Source: Octopus sinensis (taxonomy: Eukaryota). From it: a DNA stretch of 64,000 bases. Shown here piece by piece: positions 26,166 to 39,561 of this stretch. Location: positions 51,782,464-51,846,463 of the forward strand of contig NC_043011.1 in assembly GCF_006345805.1 (NCBI RefSeq). The letters are read 5' to 3'. The translations under genes and the position numbers were made by a program. The notes beneath the pieces are model-generated. The model saw nothing but the letters and a program-made list of their open reading frames with translations, was not told the origin of the DNA and ran no database searches. Position 1 is the stretch's first letter, and every line of letters begins with the position of its first letter.

Positions 26166-26909
26166 AGCAGTGCTTGGAAGGAAGGTGTGTAGCATGTGAT
26201 CATCATATTGACCATGCTGAGCAGAGAATCTACTTCAAATTTTGCCAAAAGCTTGGCGATACCTGCTCAGAAGCCTATGCAAAGTTTTCAAAAAGTTTTC
26301 ATCGTTCTCGACACAATCAAGATCTTGTGCAACTGAAACCTGAGTGTCTTTTTGGTCAGCTGAAGGCAGTTTAGGTACAAACTTGGCGGATACGTGTCTC
26401 ATACCCAAATCTTCAGTGATAAAAGAACTGAACTGAACCGTAACTAATCTGCACATCCTCTGATAACTCACAGATGGTAATTCAACAACTTCCCCTCACA
26501 GCTGTGCATGCACATCTGTGATATTTTTCTTAGTTCTGCTGGTTGCGGGGGGTCTCCCAGAACGTTTGTCAATATTGACACTTTTTCAGCCATTTTGGAA
26601 ACATCTGAAACACTTGCATACTTGTGTGCAGCTCATACAATCTTCTCCATATACTTTCTGCAACTTTGCATAGGACTCTGAGCAGGTATCACCATGACAA
26701 CTTTCTCTGTCATGGTCAATGTGATGATCACACGCTACACACCTTCCTTCCAAGCACTGCTGTAAATAGTGGAAGTGAGATAGACTGTTAAAGCTTAGTG
26801 CACATGCACAACGAAGTTCAAGGTCAATCTGTGCCAAGCGGCTTCACACTGCATGCTTTAGCTTCGTTACTATGGTAACAGTCCAGATATTTATTGATCA
26901 GACCTCGTA
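26166..26909 (-). mobile_element. Mariner transposon 5' half with inverted duplication
   Basis: Terminus TACGAGGTCTGATCAATAAATATCTGGAC at TA 26908-26909; transposase N-terminal pieces EQRI.FKFCQKLGDTCSE.YAKLQKVYGEDCMS...ITEDLGMRHVSAKFVPKL.SADQK..VSVAQDL..VENDENFLKT. Confidence 0.9.
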
Positions 26910-26916
26910 TATATAT

Positions 26917-26959
<43 letters not shown>

Positions 26960-27164
26960 AAAGATAGTGGGGTCAGGGCAAATCAACTGTGAAGCACACA
27001 AGTTTTGGCTAGATGGAATGACTCAAAAAACACTCAAGTAAATAGACATTTAGATTAATGGGTAAATTAATAGAAAAATATATTTCATTTGTATCCAGGT
27101 GTTCAGCAAATCTAAAAGTATCTGAGGTTTATTGGTATATTTAATATGGCATAATTATTGTAAT

Positions 27165-27570
27165 AAAACATGAAATGAATGGACAATTTGGATATTACTA
27201 CATGAGTTTCGGTAGCAAATTTATCATAAACATATTACGTCATACAATTTGGTATGCAATAACATGCAAGATTATATAAGATTAAGCAATAAAGTGTTTG
27301 TGTAAATTTGTCGCATCCTCAGGTAACATTTCAGAAGAGATTTATAAGTTGATATGTACCACTGGAATAATATGTTACCAATATTCAAGTGGTATGTATC
27401 ACCTTATAATTTATGAAGCGTTACCTCAGGATGTGATAAATTTATACATACAGTTTATTACATAATATTACATGTTACTTCATACCAATCTCTATAAAAG
27501 AATATGTTAATAATAAATTTGCCACTGAAACAGATAGTAATATCCATATTATCCATTCATTTCATGTTTT
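27165..27570. mobile_element. About 400-bp imperfect palindrome (fold-back MITE)
   Basis: Arms pair throughout, e.g. AAAACATGAAATGAATGGA / TCCATTCATTTCATGTTTT and AAATTTGTCGCATCCTCAGGTAAC / GTTACCTCAGGATGTGATAAATTT; centre near 27375. Confidence 0.88.
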
Positions 27571-27603
27571 AGTGTGTGTGTGTGTATGCATGCTTCTGTG
27601 TGT

Positions 27604-27700
27604 ACAGTCCAACAATGACTTAGGTGGCGAAAACTTCGAAGTCGCTGTCAACAAGATTCTTGTATAAGAGAAACAAACGTGTACTCTACAAAAAGTATAG
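27604..27700 (+). mobile_element. PLE-1 remnant with heavily decayed hammerhead-like motif
   Basis: ACAGT-CCAACAA-...-CGAAAACTTCGAAGTC^GCTGT; perfect palindrome ACTTCGAAGT in the stem III position. Confidence 0.5.
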
Positions 27701-27719
27701 ACGAACCCTTCAGATTAAT

Positions 27720-27851
27720 ACCAGGATTTATACTTTGTAAGACTAGTACTTGTTCTATTAGCCACTTTTGCTGAACCGCTAGGTTACAGGGACATAAACG
27801 CACCAACATCGGTTCTCAAGTGATGGTGGGAGACAAACACAGAAACATATA

Positions 27852-27897
<46 letters not shown>

Positions 27898-28056
27898 ATG
27901 GACTTCTTTCAGTTTCCATCAACCAAATCCACTCACAAGGCTTTGGTCGGTCCAAGGTTATAGTAGAAGACACTTGCCCAAGGTGACACGCAGAGGGACT
28001 GAACCTGGAATTATGTGGCTGGAAAGCAAGCTTCTTACCACACAGCCACACCTGCG

Positions 28057-28059
<3 letters not shown>
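27720..28059 (-). mobile_element. SINE-B1, tail truncated
   Basis: Same head and body as 19510-19908. Confidence 0.88.
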
Positions 28060-28095
<36 letters not shown>

Positions 28096-28824
28096 ACGCA
28101 TTTACATTTAGACTTTTTCATACGTATATATATAATTGATTAAAACACCAAGTAAAATTTTACAGGGGAAATGTTAGTTTTATTTCATTAACTGTTTCTT
28201 TGAATCTTGCAAGTAAGAGTGTATTCATCATGTTTTCTCTTGTAAAAAATATTTAAAACTTCAAGAACCTTGGGCAATAACAATAAAATAAAATAAAAGT
28301 AAATAGCATTAAAAAAAAAAAACTAACTGAAGCAAATCAGAAATTAAAATACCTCCTCTCAAGAAATCTCATTCTATTCATAACTCTCTCATAGCAACAG
28401 GGATTTCAAGTGTTTTGAAAAAATTTTTAATGAAATATTCCAATTAACCATCAGTTCCTGGGAGAATTAGATTTGCATGATAGAAGCTTAATAGGGATAG
28501 CTGGGAGGGTAAGGCCACACAACTTGAGAGCAAGCCAGAGAGAATGGAGCCAGATAGAGCAGTAATATTAGGCAATGGATATAACATTAAATGATCAAGT
28601 TGTTGGAAACTAGAAATGACATTTTAGCTTTCATTGAATTGCCTTCTCTTTTTCTCATTTCTTAGCCATTCATCGTTTTCTTCGTTTTCATTAGTAAAGG
28701 AGATTCCCAGAGCAAAAAGCATCTCTTCTGTACATTTACAAGAGTACTGCACTTGAAATCCAAAAGTTTTCCAGTGCAGTTTATTGGTGTTACTCACTGA
28801 GTACAGTTTATATGGTAGTATTTA

Positions 28825-28838
28825 TACAGAAGTAGTAC

Positions 28839-28896
<58 letters not shown>

Positions 28897-28900
28897 GGCG

Positions 28901-28941
<41 letters not shown>

Positions 28942-29035
28942 TGGCAGCGGCGGCAGAGGAGGAGGTGACAGCGGAGAAGTAGCAGCAGTAGTAGCAGCAG
29001 TAGCAGTAGCAGCAGCAGCAGCAGTGTTGTTGTTA
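28825..29035. repeat. (GTA)/(GGT)/(GCA) trinucleotide mosaic
   Basis: Visible; gives the poly-V/poly-A ORF. Confidence 0.95.
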
Positions 29036-29399
29036 TAGCTTCAGTTATCTTTACTCAAGTAAGCCTATGTATTTCGAAATAATTTGTACATGAACTTGTC
29101 TCCTAAGCTTCAAGTGAGCAATGATGGATCAGTGCCTAGATCTACTTTTATCATTTAGTGAATGAGAGAGAAACCTTCCCTTGGATGGGAAGTTAGTCTA
29201 TTGCAATAATATCTCTTCCAGATAATATATCTTGGTGAATTATTGCAATGCAAAATGAAGAATGAAGCCAAATGGATTTTGGCTTCAAACAAGTAAAACT
29301 TAAAGCAAAACAAAAAAAACAGATGATAAACGAAATGAGAATAACAATAAAATGAAATGAACAATAAAACTATACAACAAAATAAATAAATAGCACTCG

Positions 29400-29889
29400 T
29401 TAAATATAACATGTTCAAAAATGAGTAGGAAGAAGTGTAAACTTATCTGTTTCTATGTATTTTACATTCTCTCATCCATTAACTCATGTATACAGTTTAT
29501 AAACAACTATCTCAATTCTATGTACTACCCAATACAATTTATAAACACAACCAACCTGGTTCTATGTACAACTCAAACATCCACATGGTGTCGATGAAAT
29601 AAAACTTTTAAGTTATCATATCCCTTCTTCATCATCTCCTTTATAACACTTAAAAATAATTCCTTTAAACTCTCTTTACTCTTTAACTTGTTTCAGTCAT
29701 TTGACTGTGGCCATGCTGGAGCACCGCCTTTAATCGAGCAACTCGACCCCGGGACTTATTCTTTTGTAAGCCCAGTACTTATTCTATCGGTCTCTTTTGC
29801 CGAACCGCTAAGTGACGGGGACGTAAACACACCAGCACCGGTTGTCAAGCAATGCTAGGGGGACAAACACAGACACACAAACACACACA

Positions 29890-29927
<38 letters not shown>

Positions 29928-30335
29928 TATGACGGGCTTCTTTCAGTTTCCGTCTACCAAATCCGTCTACTCACAAGGCTTTGGTCGGCCCGAGACTATA
30001 GTAGAAGACACTTGCCCAAGGTGCCATGCAGTGGGACTGAACCCAGAACCATGTGGTTGGTAAACAAGCTACTTACCACACAGCCACTCCTCCTTCTTCA
30101 TCATCTCCTTTATAACACTTAAAAATAATTCCTTTATATATCTTCTTCAACCGAATAATGCTTGTACTTTGTTTTAGTTCCACATCTAAATAATTCCTCA
30201 AATACACCTCAGAGATTGAAAAAAATATACTCTTCATAGTGGTACATACACAAAGTTCCTTTAGAATAAGCTTTCTTCTGAAATTACAACCACACCCATT
30301 CCAAAGAACTTGTATCTTGTACATTACCCTGTAAT
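29400..30335 (-). mobile_element. L2/Crack-like LINE 3' end interrupted by a SINE
   Basis: ...SISEVYLRNYLDVELKQSTSIIRLKKIYKGIIFKCYKGDDEEG; UTR motif GATAAGTTTACACTTCTTCCTACTCATTTTTGAACATG. Confidence 0.6.
29668..30091 (-). mobile_element. SINE-B1, full length, flanked by 45-bp direct repeats
   Basis: Identical CCTTCTTCATCATCTCCTTTATAACACTTAAAAATAATTCCTTTA at 29623-29667 and 30092-30136. Confidence 0.93.
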
Positions 30336-30584
30336 AACTTATCTTTCATGAATTAGCTATTTGAGGACTATCTTCAAATCTGTACTGAAACACTTATAGT
30401 TTATAATTTTACAATGTACTCATGATGACATTTGTGGCTGTAAGCTGTTGCCAAGCCAAGTTTGTGATCTAGTGTTTCAATTTCTGGTTGCAGCAGTTGA
30501 TTTCATTTATGCTATAAATACTTCTTTGAGAAAAAGAATGATTTTTACATATTTACATCATTCAACTTAATGAATACAAGGCTT

Positions 30585-30779
30585 ATCATCATCATCATCA
30601 TCATCATCATTTAGCGTCCGCTTTCCATGGTAGCATGGGTTGGACGGTTCAACTGGGGTCAGGGAAGCCAGAAGGCTGCACCAGACCCAGTCTGATCTGG
30701 CAATGTTTCTACAGCTGGATGCCCTTCCTAACGCCAACCACTCCGTAAGTGTAGTGGGTGCTTTTTACGTGCCACCGGC
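30585..30779 (-). mobile_element. RTE 3'UTR fragment (young)
   Basis: (CAT)n-TTAGCGTCCGCTTTCCATG...GGATGCCCTTCCTAACGCC; matches 42775-42960 and the stub near 9918-9995. Confidence 0.88.
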
Positions 30780-30807
30780 TTATATATGTGTGTGTGTGTG
30801 TGTGTGC

Positions 30808-31237
30808 GTGTGGCTGTGTGGTAAGAAATTTGCTTCCCAACCACATATTTCCTGTTTCAGTCCCACTGCATGGCATCTTGGGTGCATGTCTTCTACTATA
30901 GCCTTGGACTAACCAAAACCTTGTGAGTAGATTTGGTACACAGAAACATATGTATAGATATAGATATATATATATATATATACTCGAGTAAGCACATAAA
31001 TGTGAAACAAGTTTGAAAAAAATATTACTTGAATACCAGAGGTATCCCCCCAAAATTGCTACTCAGAGTTTCCATGTTCTTGTTCATGTCTGTGTATGAC
31101 CCTCACCACTAACTGGCGTTACATCCCAGTAACTTAGAGGTTTAAGAAAAGAGACCAGTAGAATAAGTACCAGGCTTTAAAAAAAAAATAAGTACTGGGG
31201 TTGATTCTTTCTTGAAGGTGGTGCCCCAGCATGGCTG
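30808..31237 (+). mobile_element. Old SINE-B1 with a PLE-2 insertion (30982-31095) in its central (TA)n
   Basis: Head 30808-30950; tail GAGACCAGTAGAATAAGTACC...GGTGGTGCCCCAGCATGGCTG; the insert matches 36037-36106 and 12408-12540. Confidence 0.7.
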
Positions 31238-31399
31238 TGTGTGTGTTTATGTGTGTGGTTGGCAGCATTAATTTAAGAAAAGCTGTACACAGGAACATGT
31301 ATCTCCAATCTCATTTAGTTACCCAGTTCTAGTTATTTTACTCTTACTAGCATCATCAACACTATAGCTACTGAAGATATCTTATTCTGTAGAGTACCT

Positions 31400-32030
31400 T
31401 CACTAGAAAAGAATAACATTCATTCATAGAATGAAGGATTTAATAAGAAATTTCTGTAGACAGTTGTGCTCAAGTTGTGCTCACTAACCAAGAAGACATT
31501 TCATACAACCATCTACAGAGTCACCCACTGTACATCACTGCTGATTCTTGACATACGGCTGTCAGCCTATTTAATTCTTCTGTGTTCAGAATTGATATTT
31601 TTGGTCTCTGAAATTGAATGACTCTAATACCGAATGGCTACTGTTATTAAAAATCAGTTCAAATACAATCTGAAGTTAACAGTCAAAAGATTCGTTATTA
31701 TTATTATTATTATTATTGTTATTATTATTATTACTATTATTATTATTATTATTATTATTGCAATAACAACAATAAATTTAGAAACGACTTTCATTCTGGT
31801 TTTGTGTGCATTGTGAATGAACAATCAAGTAGAAAGCCACTGAGACTGAATGTACATATTTAACACTGTATTTTATCATTATTATTATTATTTATATTTT
31901 TTTACTTTGAATAATCTATTTTATCTTATCTATTTAACTTTTCAAATCTATCAAGACGAAATTTCAACACACATACTATGTAAATGTACATGACAATAAA
32001 GCAATTGTATTTTATTTTATTCTATTCTAA
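31400..32030 (+). mobile_element. Possible Rex1/L2-type LINE 3' end
   Basis: SHPL and TAVSLFNS remnants; tail TGTAAATGTACATGACAATAAAGC...(TTCTA)n. Confidence 0.35.
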
Positions 32031-32419
32031 TGTTCTTGAAAAAAATATGTGAATGTCATACGCAATTTTATTTTCTTCTGTGAAACTAACATTTTGTACC
32101 CATGTAAAAAAAAAATCTATCTTTAAGATCTAGTATATAATATTCATACTTTTGTTTTATTATATTCAAAATTATCACAAATTGATACTGTAGATTATTC
32201 TACTTTCTGTAGTGATATATGGATTAGTGATAAACAAGGATGTTTATTAGTGGTGTTGATTACCTTGAAACAACCCTGCTAAAATTTGAACCCAAGTCCT
32301 TACATTGAATCACCTAGCTGTCAAATCACCATACAATACAAATCAGACACAAAATGTGCACAACAATACGATAAAGAGTATAGATTTCTAAGACTTCCAA
32401 ATGTTATGTGTTCGAACAA

Positions 32420-34501
32420 ACAAATCTAAGGACAGACACATGGATAAATAGACACATTCAGACAGAGAGATAGACATGTAGGGAAGATGGCTAGGCAGAC
32501 AGAGAGACAGATGCAGACAGACTTTCATTCATATAGGCAGGCAGACAGTCAGATGGATATCTGGATAGGCAGAAAGAGACAGACAGTAAAGAAGGCAAAT
32601 AGCTAAGTGGAGAGATAGACAAATAGATAGACAGAGATAGAGACAGATGGATAAACAGATAAACATAGAGACAAATATACAGGTAGACAGTGAGTAGATA
32701 GTCAAATAGGTGGATAAATAGTGGATAGATAGATGGATAGATATATAGATTGATAGATAGTGAGAGAGAGAGAGAGAAAGAGAGGGGTAGATAGAGGCAG
32801 ATAGATAGATAGATAGACAGATAGACAGATAGATAGATAGATACATAGACACACAGACAGATAGATAGGTAGGTAGGTGGAAAGACAGACAGATAAACAG
32901 ATAGACAGACAGACAGACAGACAGCTAGATAGACAGGTAGACATACATAACAGGAGAGAAGGAGAGAGTGTTGTACAAAAAAAGACAGAAAGTCATAAAG
33001 GGACAGAAGAGGTGGAGGTGTCAGAATATAGACAAAGAAAGGCAGAGAGGGGTGTGGCTATATTGGCTGCACAGCAAGGAGGCAGTTTAGCTGACTCCCT
33101 GGTCTGCACACAACCATTGCAACAATGCAAAAAAAGGGACAGCCATCGGCAAGCTATTGATTGCAACACTGCTGGTAGTCTGTGGTGGTAGTGGTGGTTG
33201 TGGTTGTGGTGGTGGTGGTTATATAGTATTGGAGTGGTGGCAGTGGCAGTTATAGAGTAGTTGTTGTGGTGAAGTTGTTGGCGATAATGGTATTGGTTAT
33301 GGTGATAGTGGTGGTTACAGAGGTGTAGTAGTGATTATAGAGGTGTTGGTTTTCACGGTTATAGTTGTCATAGTCAATGTGTTTGTGTTGATATTGTTGG
33401 TTATGGTTTTAGTGGCAGTTATAGAATAGCAGCAGCAGCTGTGGTAGTGGGGGTGCTAGTGATAGTAGTGGTGATGGTGGTAGTGGTGTGCATAGCAGTT
33501 GTTGTGGTGGAAATGTTTATGGAGATGGTGGTGGTGGTGGTGGTAGTATGTTGTTGTTGGTGTTAAACCTTCATTGACCAAACCTCTAAACAAAGACATT
33601 CCAGCAATGACCATCCTGTCTTTTATCAGCGTTACCTCATACTGCCTGCCCTTACTGCCAGTAAGGTGTGATTTGAGGGAGATTTGGCTGCCATTTCTAG
33701 GCAATTACACCAACCCTGTAGAGCCTTCTTCACTATGGCAGAGGATGGTTGTTGTGTGGGTGTTGGAAGTGGTAGTTATTGTGTAGTAACGGCCTGAGGT
33801 GTAGTAATGTTTGGAAGTAAAAACAGAGGTTGGAGTATTATGGTGGTGGTGGTAGTGGTGGTGGGGATGATGGTATTCACACCCACATCCATCACACTAT
33901 TGGCATTAGTGTGGTGGATGTGGGAGAGGTAGTAGAAACAATAATAGTGTTGTTGCTACTACTGTTGTTGTTGTTGTTATTTAGCCCCAGGTCAGCCCTA
34001 ATCAAGCAGTCTTATGATTCTGTGATCAAAGGCATTCCAGCCATGAACATCCCATCTATGTTATTTTTTTTCCTATTTTTTTCTTCTTCAGGTATGGTGT
34101 GTCTACGGACACTCAATGTATCCTCCTTATTTTTTTAAAAGAAGGTAATGTGTCATATGAGGGGGACCTGCTATTTCTAGCAGGACAAGCAAACATACAG
34201 AGGTTTCCTTGTTGGCTCGCCAGCAGCAATGATATTACTAATAGTATAAATGTAATGTTCATACTAGAAATAAGGTTTGGGTAATAGCAATACAATATAG
34301 GGGGTGAAATGTAGTGTGTGTGTGTGTGTGTGAGAGAGAGAGGGAGAGAGTGTGTGTGTGGTAGTTTTAGAGGTGATGGTGATGGTGTTGATGAGGCTGG
34401 AAGAAGCAGCGGTAGTGGTCATGATATATTTTGACAGTTCGAAATTAGTGGTTATGGTGGGTAGCTGTGGCTACAGTGGTGGTGATGGTGGTGGTGGAGG
34501 C

Positions 34502-34555
<54 letters not shown>

Positions 34556-34985
34556 GTCACTAATACAGTGTTATGGCTGTAGTCGCAACAGTGACAGTAA
34601 AGGTGGTGGTGGTAGTGGTGGAGGTAATGGTGGTGGTTGTAGAGGTAGTAGTAGAAGTATTAACAGTAGTGTCACTAACAGTGTTATACCTAACAGGGTG
34701 TTATAGTTCCAACAGTGGTGGTGGTTGTGGTAGCAGTAGTAAAAGTAATAGTATTTAGTAGTGTCACTAACAGCGTGTTATGGCTGTAGCTGCTGTAGTG
34801 GTGGTGGTGGTGGTAGTAGTGTTGTTGGAGCTGGTAACACTAGTGCAGATGATACCTGGGAGGGGAACAAATAGTGATGGCATCGCTGTGTGATGAACAT
34901 GTAGTGGTGACGGTAGTGTTGGTAGTGGTAGAGGCTGCAGACTGTGATAGTGATGATAATATTGAATGTGTAGTGGTGTTCGTAA

Positions 34986-35022
<37 letters not shown>

Positions 35023-35250
35023 CGTATCACAGACAGCAAAGGGGCAGTAGTGTCATCACAGACAAACAGTGGTGGTGGTGGTTGGTATCATAGACACTAT
35101 GGCAAGGATGGTGGTGGCTGTATAAGTGGTCCCAACACTGGGTGTGATGGTAACAGTGATGGTGGTGGTAGTGGTAGTTCTGATGATGATGATGGTGATA
35201 GCAAGAGTAGTAGCAGTAGTGGTGGTGGTGGTGGTGACCCAGCCAGGTGA
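32420..35250. repeat. (GATA/GACA)n followed by (GGT/AGT/GAT)n mosaic
   Basis: Visible low complexity with embedded family-E fragments. Confidence 0.93.
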
Positions 35251-35627
35251 CAGTAGAGTATTTGTGTTGGCATCGTGATGTGTCCTGCTTGTGCAATATA
35301 TCATCATCATTGTTGTCATCAGCATTATCAGCGTCATCGTCATCATCGACAGCCACAGAACAGTTTGAGAAGCCAAGTGTGAGCAGTAACAGAAGTGATG
35401 GAGAGAATGGGAGAGGAAGAGAGAGAGAGTGATTAAAAAAGGGAGGTGGCCAGTTTTTGTCTTGGCTTTCTTGAAACCCTGGAACTGAGGAAAGGAGCAA
35501 ATGAAGTGAAAAAGAAAGAAAGGAAGAGAAGAAAGTAAGAAAGAAAGAAAGATTGAAGGAAACAACCGAAAGTTAAACTGAGAAACGGAAGAGACGGGAA
35601 ATTAAATGGGAAGTTCAAGGAGTTAGA

Positions 35628-35665
<38 letters not shown>

Positions 35666-35829
35666 GTGTGTGTGTTTGAGTGACTAGTTACACATGAAGC
35701 AGTATATATGTATAATGCTTAACACAATGTTAGATATATGTATATATATAGATCTACATAGAGTAATACACACACACACACATATATATATATACACACA
35801 CACACATAGAAAGATATTCATATATTTAT

Positions 35830-35874
<45 letters not shown>

Positions 35875-36109
35875 TGTGTGTGTGTGTGTATATATATATG
35901 TGTATATATATATATATGTATGTATATACATATATATATATATATATATATAATATATATATATATATGTATGTATATACATATATATATATTGGACGTT
36001 AAACGATGATGATGATGATATATATATATATATATATACTGGAGTAAACACATAAATGTGAAACAAGGTGGAAAAAAGAGTACTCAAATACCAGTGGTAG
36101 AGTAATATA

Positions 36110-36153
<44 letters not shown>

Positions 36154-36754
36154 ATATATACATACATATATGTATGTATATACATACATATATGTATGTA
36201 TATACATACATATATATGTATATATAGACATACATACACACAGATAGAGAGAGAGAGAGATCTATACATACATACATACATACATACATACATACATACA
36301 TAAATGTAAGTAAGAAGAAAAACAAATCTGCCAGTTTACTTGGCAAGTGTTTGTGCACATAATCTATACAATACACACACATACGCACATGTATACGCAC
36401 CTACATATACATGCATAAGTTAGTAAATTTAATTCCGTTTCAATCATTCAACCCAATCTCCTGATTTCTTCCTAACTCATGTTATTGTTGTTGATGTTCA
36501 GGTCGGCCTTTAGTCGTGTCAGTCGAACAAGAATGGGAAGCCCTGCAAAAGTGAGGGGTACTGCACCTCCTAGGCTAAGTAACTTACAAAACATTACGTG
36601 TCTAAGTGTCGCAGTCAAAAGAGATTTAATCCATAAGGAGTTGTTGTTTAACCCTGGGCAAGCCATGCTCCAATAAATTCCCTACGATCATAAGCATTCT
36701 AATTGCGACTAATTTAAACATTACTGTTATAATTATTGTAATAAAACAATGGTA

Positions 36755-37086
36755 GTGAGCTGGGAGAATCGTTTGCATACTGACAAAAATACTTAGCAGC
36801 ATTCCATCCATCTTTACATTTTGATTTCAAATTCTTGAGGCTGACTTTACCTTTCATCCTTTCGGGGTCTTTTTTATCTTTTATCTTTTACTTGTTTCAG
36901 TCATTTGACTGCGGCCATGCTGGAGCACTGCTTTTAATCAACCAACTCGAACCCGGGACTTATTCTTTTGTAATCCCAGTACTTATTCTATCGGTCTCTT
37001 TTGCCGAACCGCTAAGTAACGGGGACATAAATACACCAGCATCGATTGTCAAGCAATTCTAGGGGGACAAACACAAACACACACGC

Positions 37087-37130
<44 letters not shown>

Positions 37131-37400
37131 TACGACGGGCTTCTTTCAGTTTCTGTCTACCAAATCCACTCATAACGCTTTGGTCGGCCCGAGGCTATAG
37201 TAGAAGACACTTGCCCAAGGTGCCACGCAGTGGGACTGAACCCAGAACCATGTGATTAGTAAACAAGCTACTTAACACACAGCCACTCCTGCACCTATTA
37301 AATAAAATAAATACCAGTTGAGTACTGGGGTTGATGTAATCGACTAGCCACCCCAACAAATTTTCAGGCCTTGTGCCTACAGTAGAAAGGATTATCATAA
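36755..37400 (+). mobile_element. SINE-A split by a minus-strand SINE-B1 (36870-37297)
   Basis: SINE-A reads ...CTTTCATCCTTTCGGGGTC [insert] AAAATAAATACCAGTTGAGTACTGGGG..., i.e. contiguous halves around the insert. Confidence 0.88.
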
Positions 37401-39474
37401 TAACACATTATTATTATCAAAAAGTGTGGTGCATTGGCAGAATCATTAGAACATTGGGGAAATGCCTTTGTTCCAGCTCTTCAGAATTTGAGTTCAAATC
37501 CTGCTGAGGTCAACTCTGCCTTTCATCACTCTAGGATTGATAAAGTATCAGTCCAGCACTTGGGTTAATGACTGACTAACAATCTCCTCCTGAAATTGTT
37601 GGCCCTGTGCCTAAACCAGAAACAATTATTTCTACTATATAAAGAAGGGAGGTGAAGGTAGCCTTTAAAGTAAAGTCCTGGCTCAAAGACATGCAAAATA
37701 ATAGACTCTATTAAAAGTATTCAAGAACAATGTAGGTGTTAAATGAAGTGATGCCTTAAGATAGGAATGGTCCCTACAACAGGCTTTCAGTGTTTCCTTT
37801 TACCAAATTTTTCACTTACAAGGCTTTAGTTGCCCCAAGGCTATGGTAGAAGACACCTGCCCATGGTGTCAAACTATATCCTAGTCATGTGATGGTCTGT
37901 ACTTATGTGTTTTGTACCAAGTCATGTGATGATTTATACATAGCCATGTAACAATCTGTACCTAGTTGTATATGTACCTAGCCATGTGATAATCTGTACC
38001 AGACATGTGACAATGTGATGAGCTGTACCTAGCTATAGTACTTCCTAAGAAATAAATGAATGGCTATTTTCATTTTATGATTAGTCAGAGGAGGAAGCAT
38101 AGGCCGCATAACCTTTAGCTGGTGGGGGTGACAGGGAGGAATAATCTGTGTCATGGATTGCAGCAGTAGGAAACAGTGAATTGGAATATCAAGTTCTCTG
38201 CAAACCAGGAGTTTGGTACAAATGCTTGCAACTAAGTGGACCTTACTGAAGGTAGCTAAAGACTAAATGGTGACAAGCATGTTAGTCACTGATATAGTAG
38301 ATTACCATATACAAACTGCCTAGGCCAATAGTTTGACTATCTAAATATTGAACCAGTCAACCAACTGAAATTTCATGAACCCTATATCCATGCATGACAA
38401 AGCTTTACTTTCTTAAAACAGTTGCAAACAAGCATTTGACAGAAATTCAAAGCAAGAATCAATAAACAAACAACATGAAATGTTAATGAAACTAAACAAA
38501 TTTTCACTGCAGGCCATTACACACTGTAACTGTTAAATGCAATCTGTTTGCAAAGTTGAGTTCAAATACAAACAGGTCCAATTTTTAAAAAATCAATCAA
38601 ATGCACTTGAAATTTTTGTGCGATTATGTGTGCATGTGTTCACATATTTATAACAACATATGTACACATAACCAAAATATAACCATAATTTAAATTATAC
38701 ACACGTGTGTGTACAAACAAACATACATATTCACTCACATGTATCCACACACACACACTCAAATATGCATTCGCATACAACAGGTATGCAACTGAATACA
38801 TGTACAGAATTGCCTGCTTGCACATCCGTCCCTCCTCTCTCCTCCCTCCTCTCTCTCTATAAATACATATACACAAATATATTTATATACATGTTTGCAT
38901 GTGTATGGAGGTAGTTTCTTCTATTCATGCATATGCACATAAACACACTTTTGCAACTGAATGCAATTCACAGTGCATGCTGAGAACATTATCAAAAATG
39001 AAACAGACCAAAAACTACACACACACGTGCGTGCGCGTGCATACACATGCACACAAAAAGATTAACAAAAGCCATCCAAGATAACTACACAGATAGACAA
39101 TAATAAATATAACTAACCAAAATAGATAAATGATAAATAAAAAAGAAGCACACAGGGAGAAATCAATAAACAACTAAAGTGCAAATCAAAACTGAAAAAA
39201 AAAAAAATAGCATCAGCATCAAGTCAATAAATAAAGATGCACAATACAATCAAAGAATCTGCAAATAACTTGAATATATTAATTCCTACGAGATAATTGA
39301 CATTGTTTCTGGAGGATTATAAGGAAAGGTTGTGGAGCAGATGATAGAGAGCTGGAACAATATACTTTACAGTACTGAGTTCCTTGTCTCACTGTATGGG
39401 GAGTTCTAATCTTGAAACAGTTGATTTTTGCTTCTCATCCCTTTAACATACATGTATGTATGTGTGTGTGTGTG

Positions 39475-39526
<52 letters not shown>

Positions 39527-39561
39527 ATGTATGTATGTATGTATGTATGTATGTATGTATG

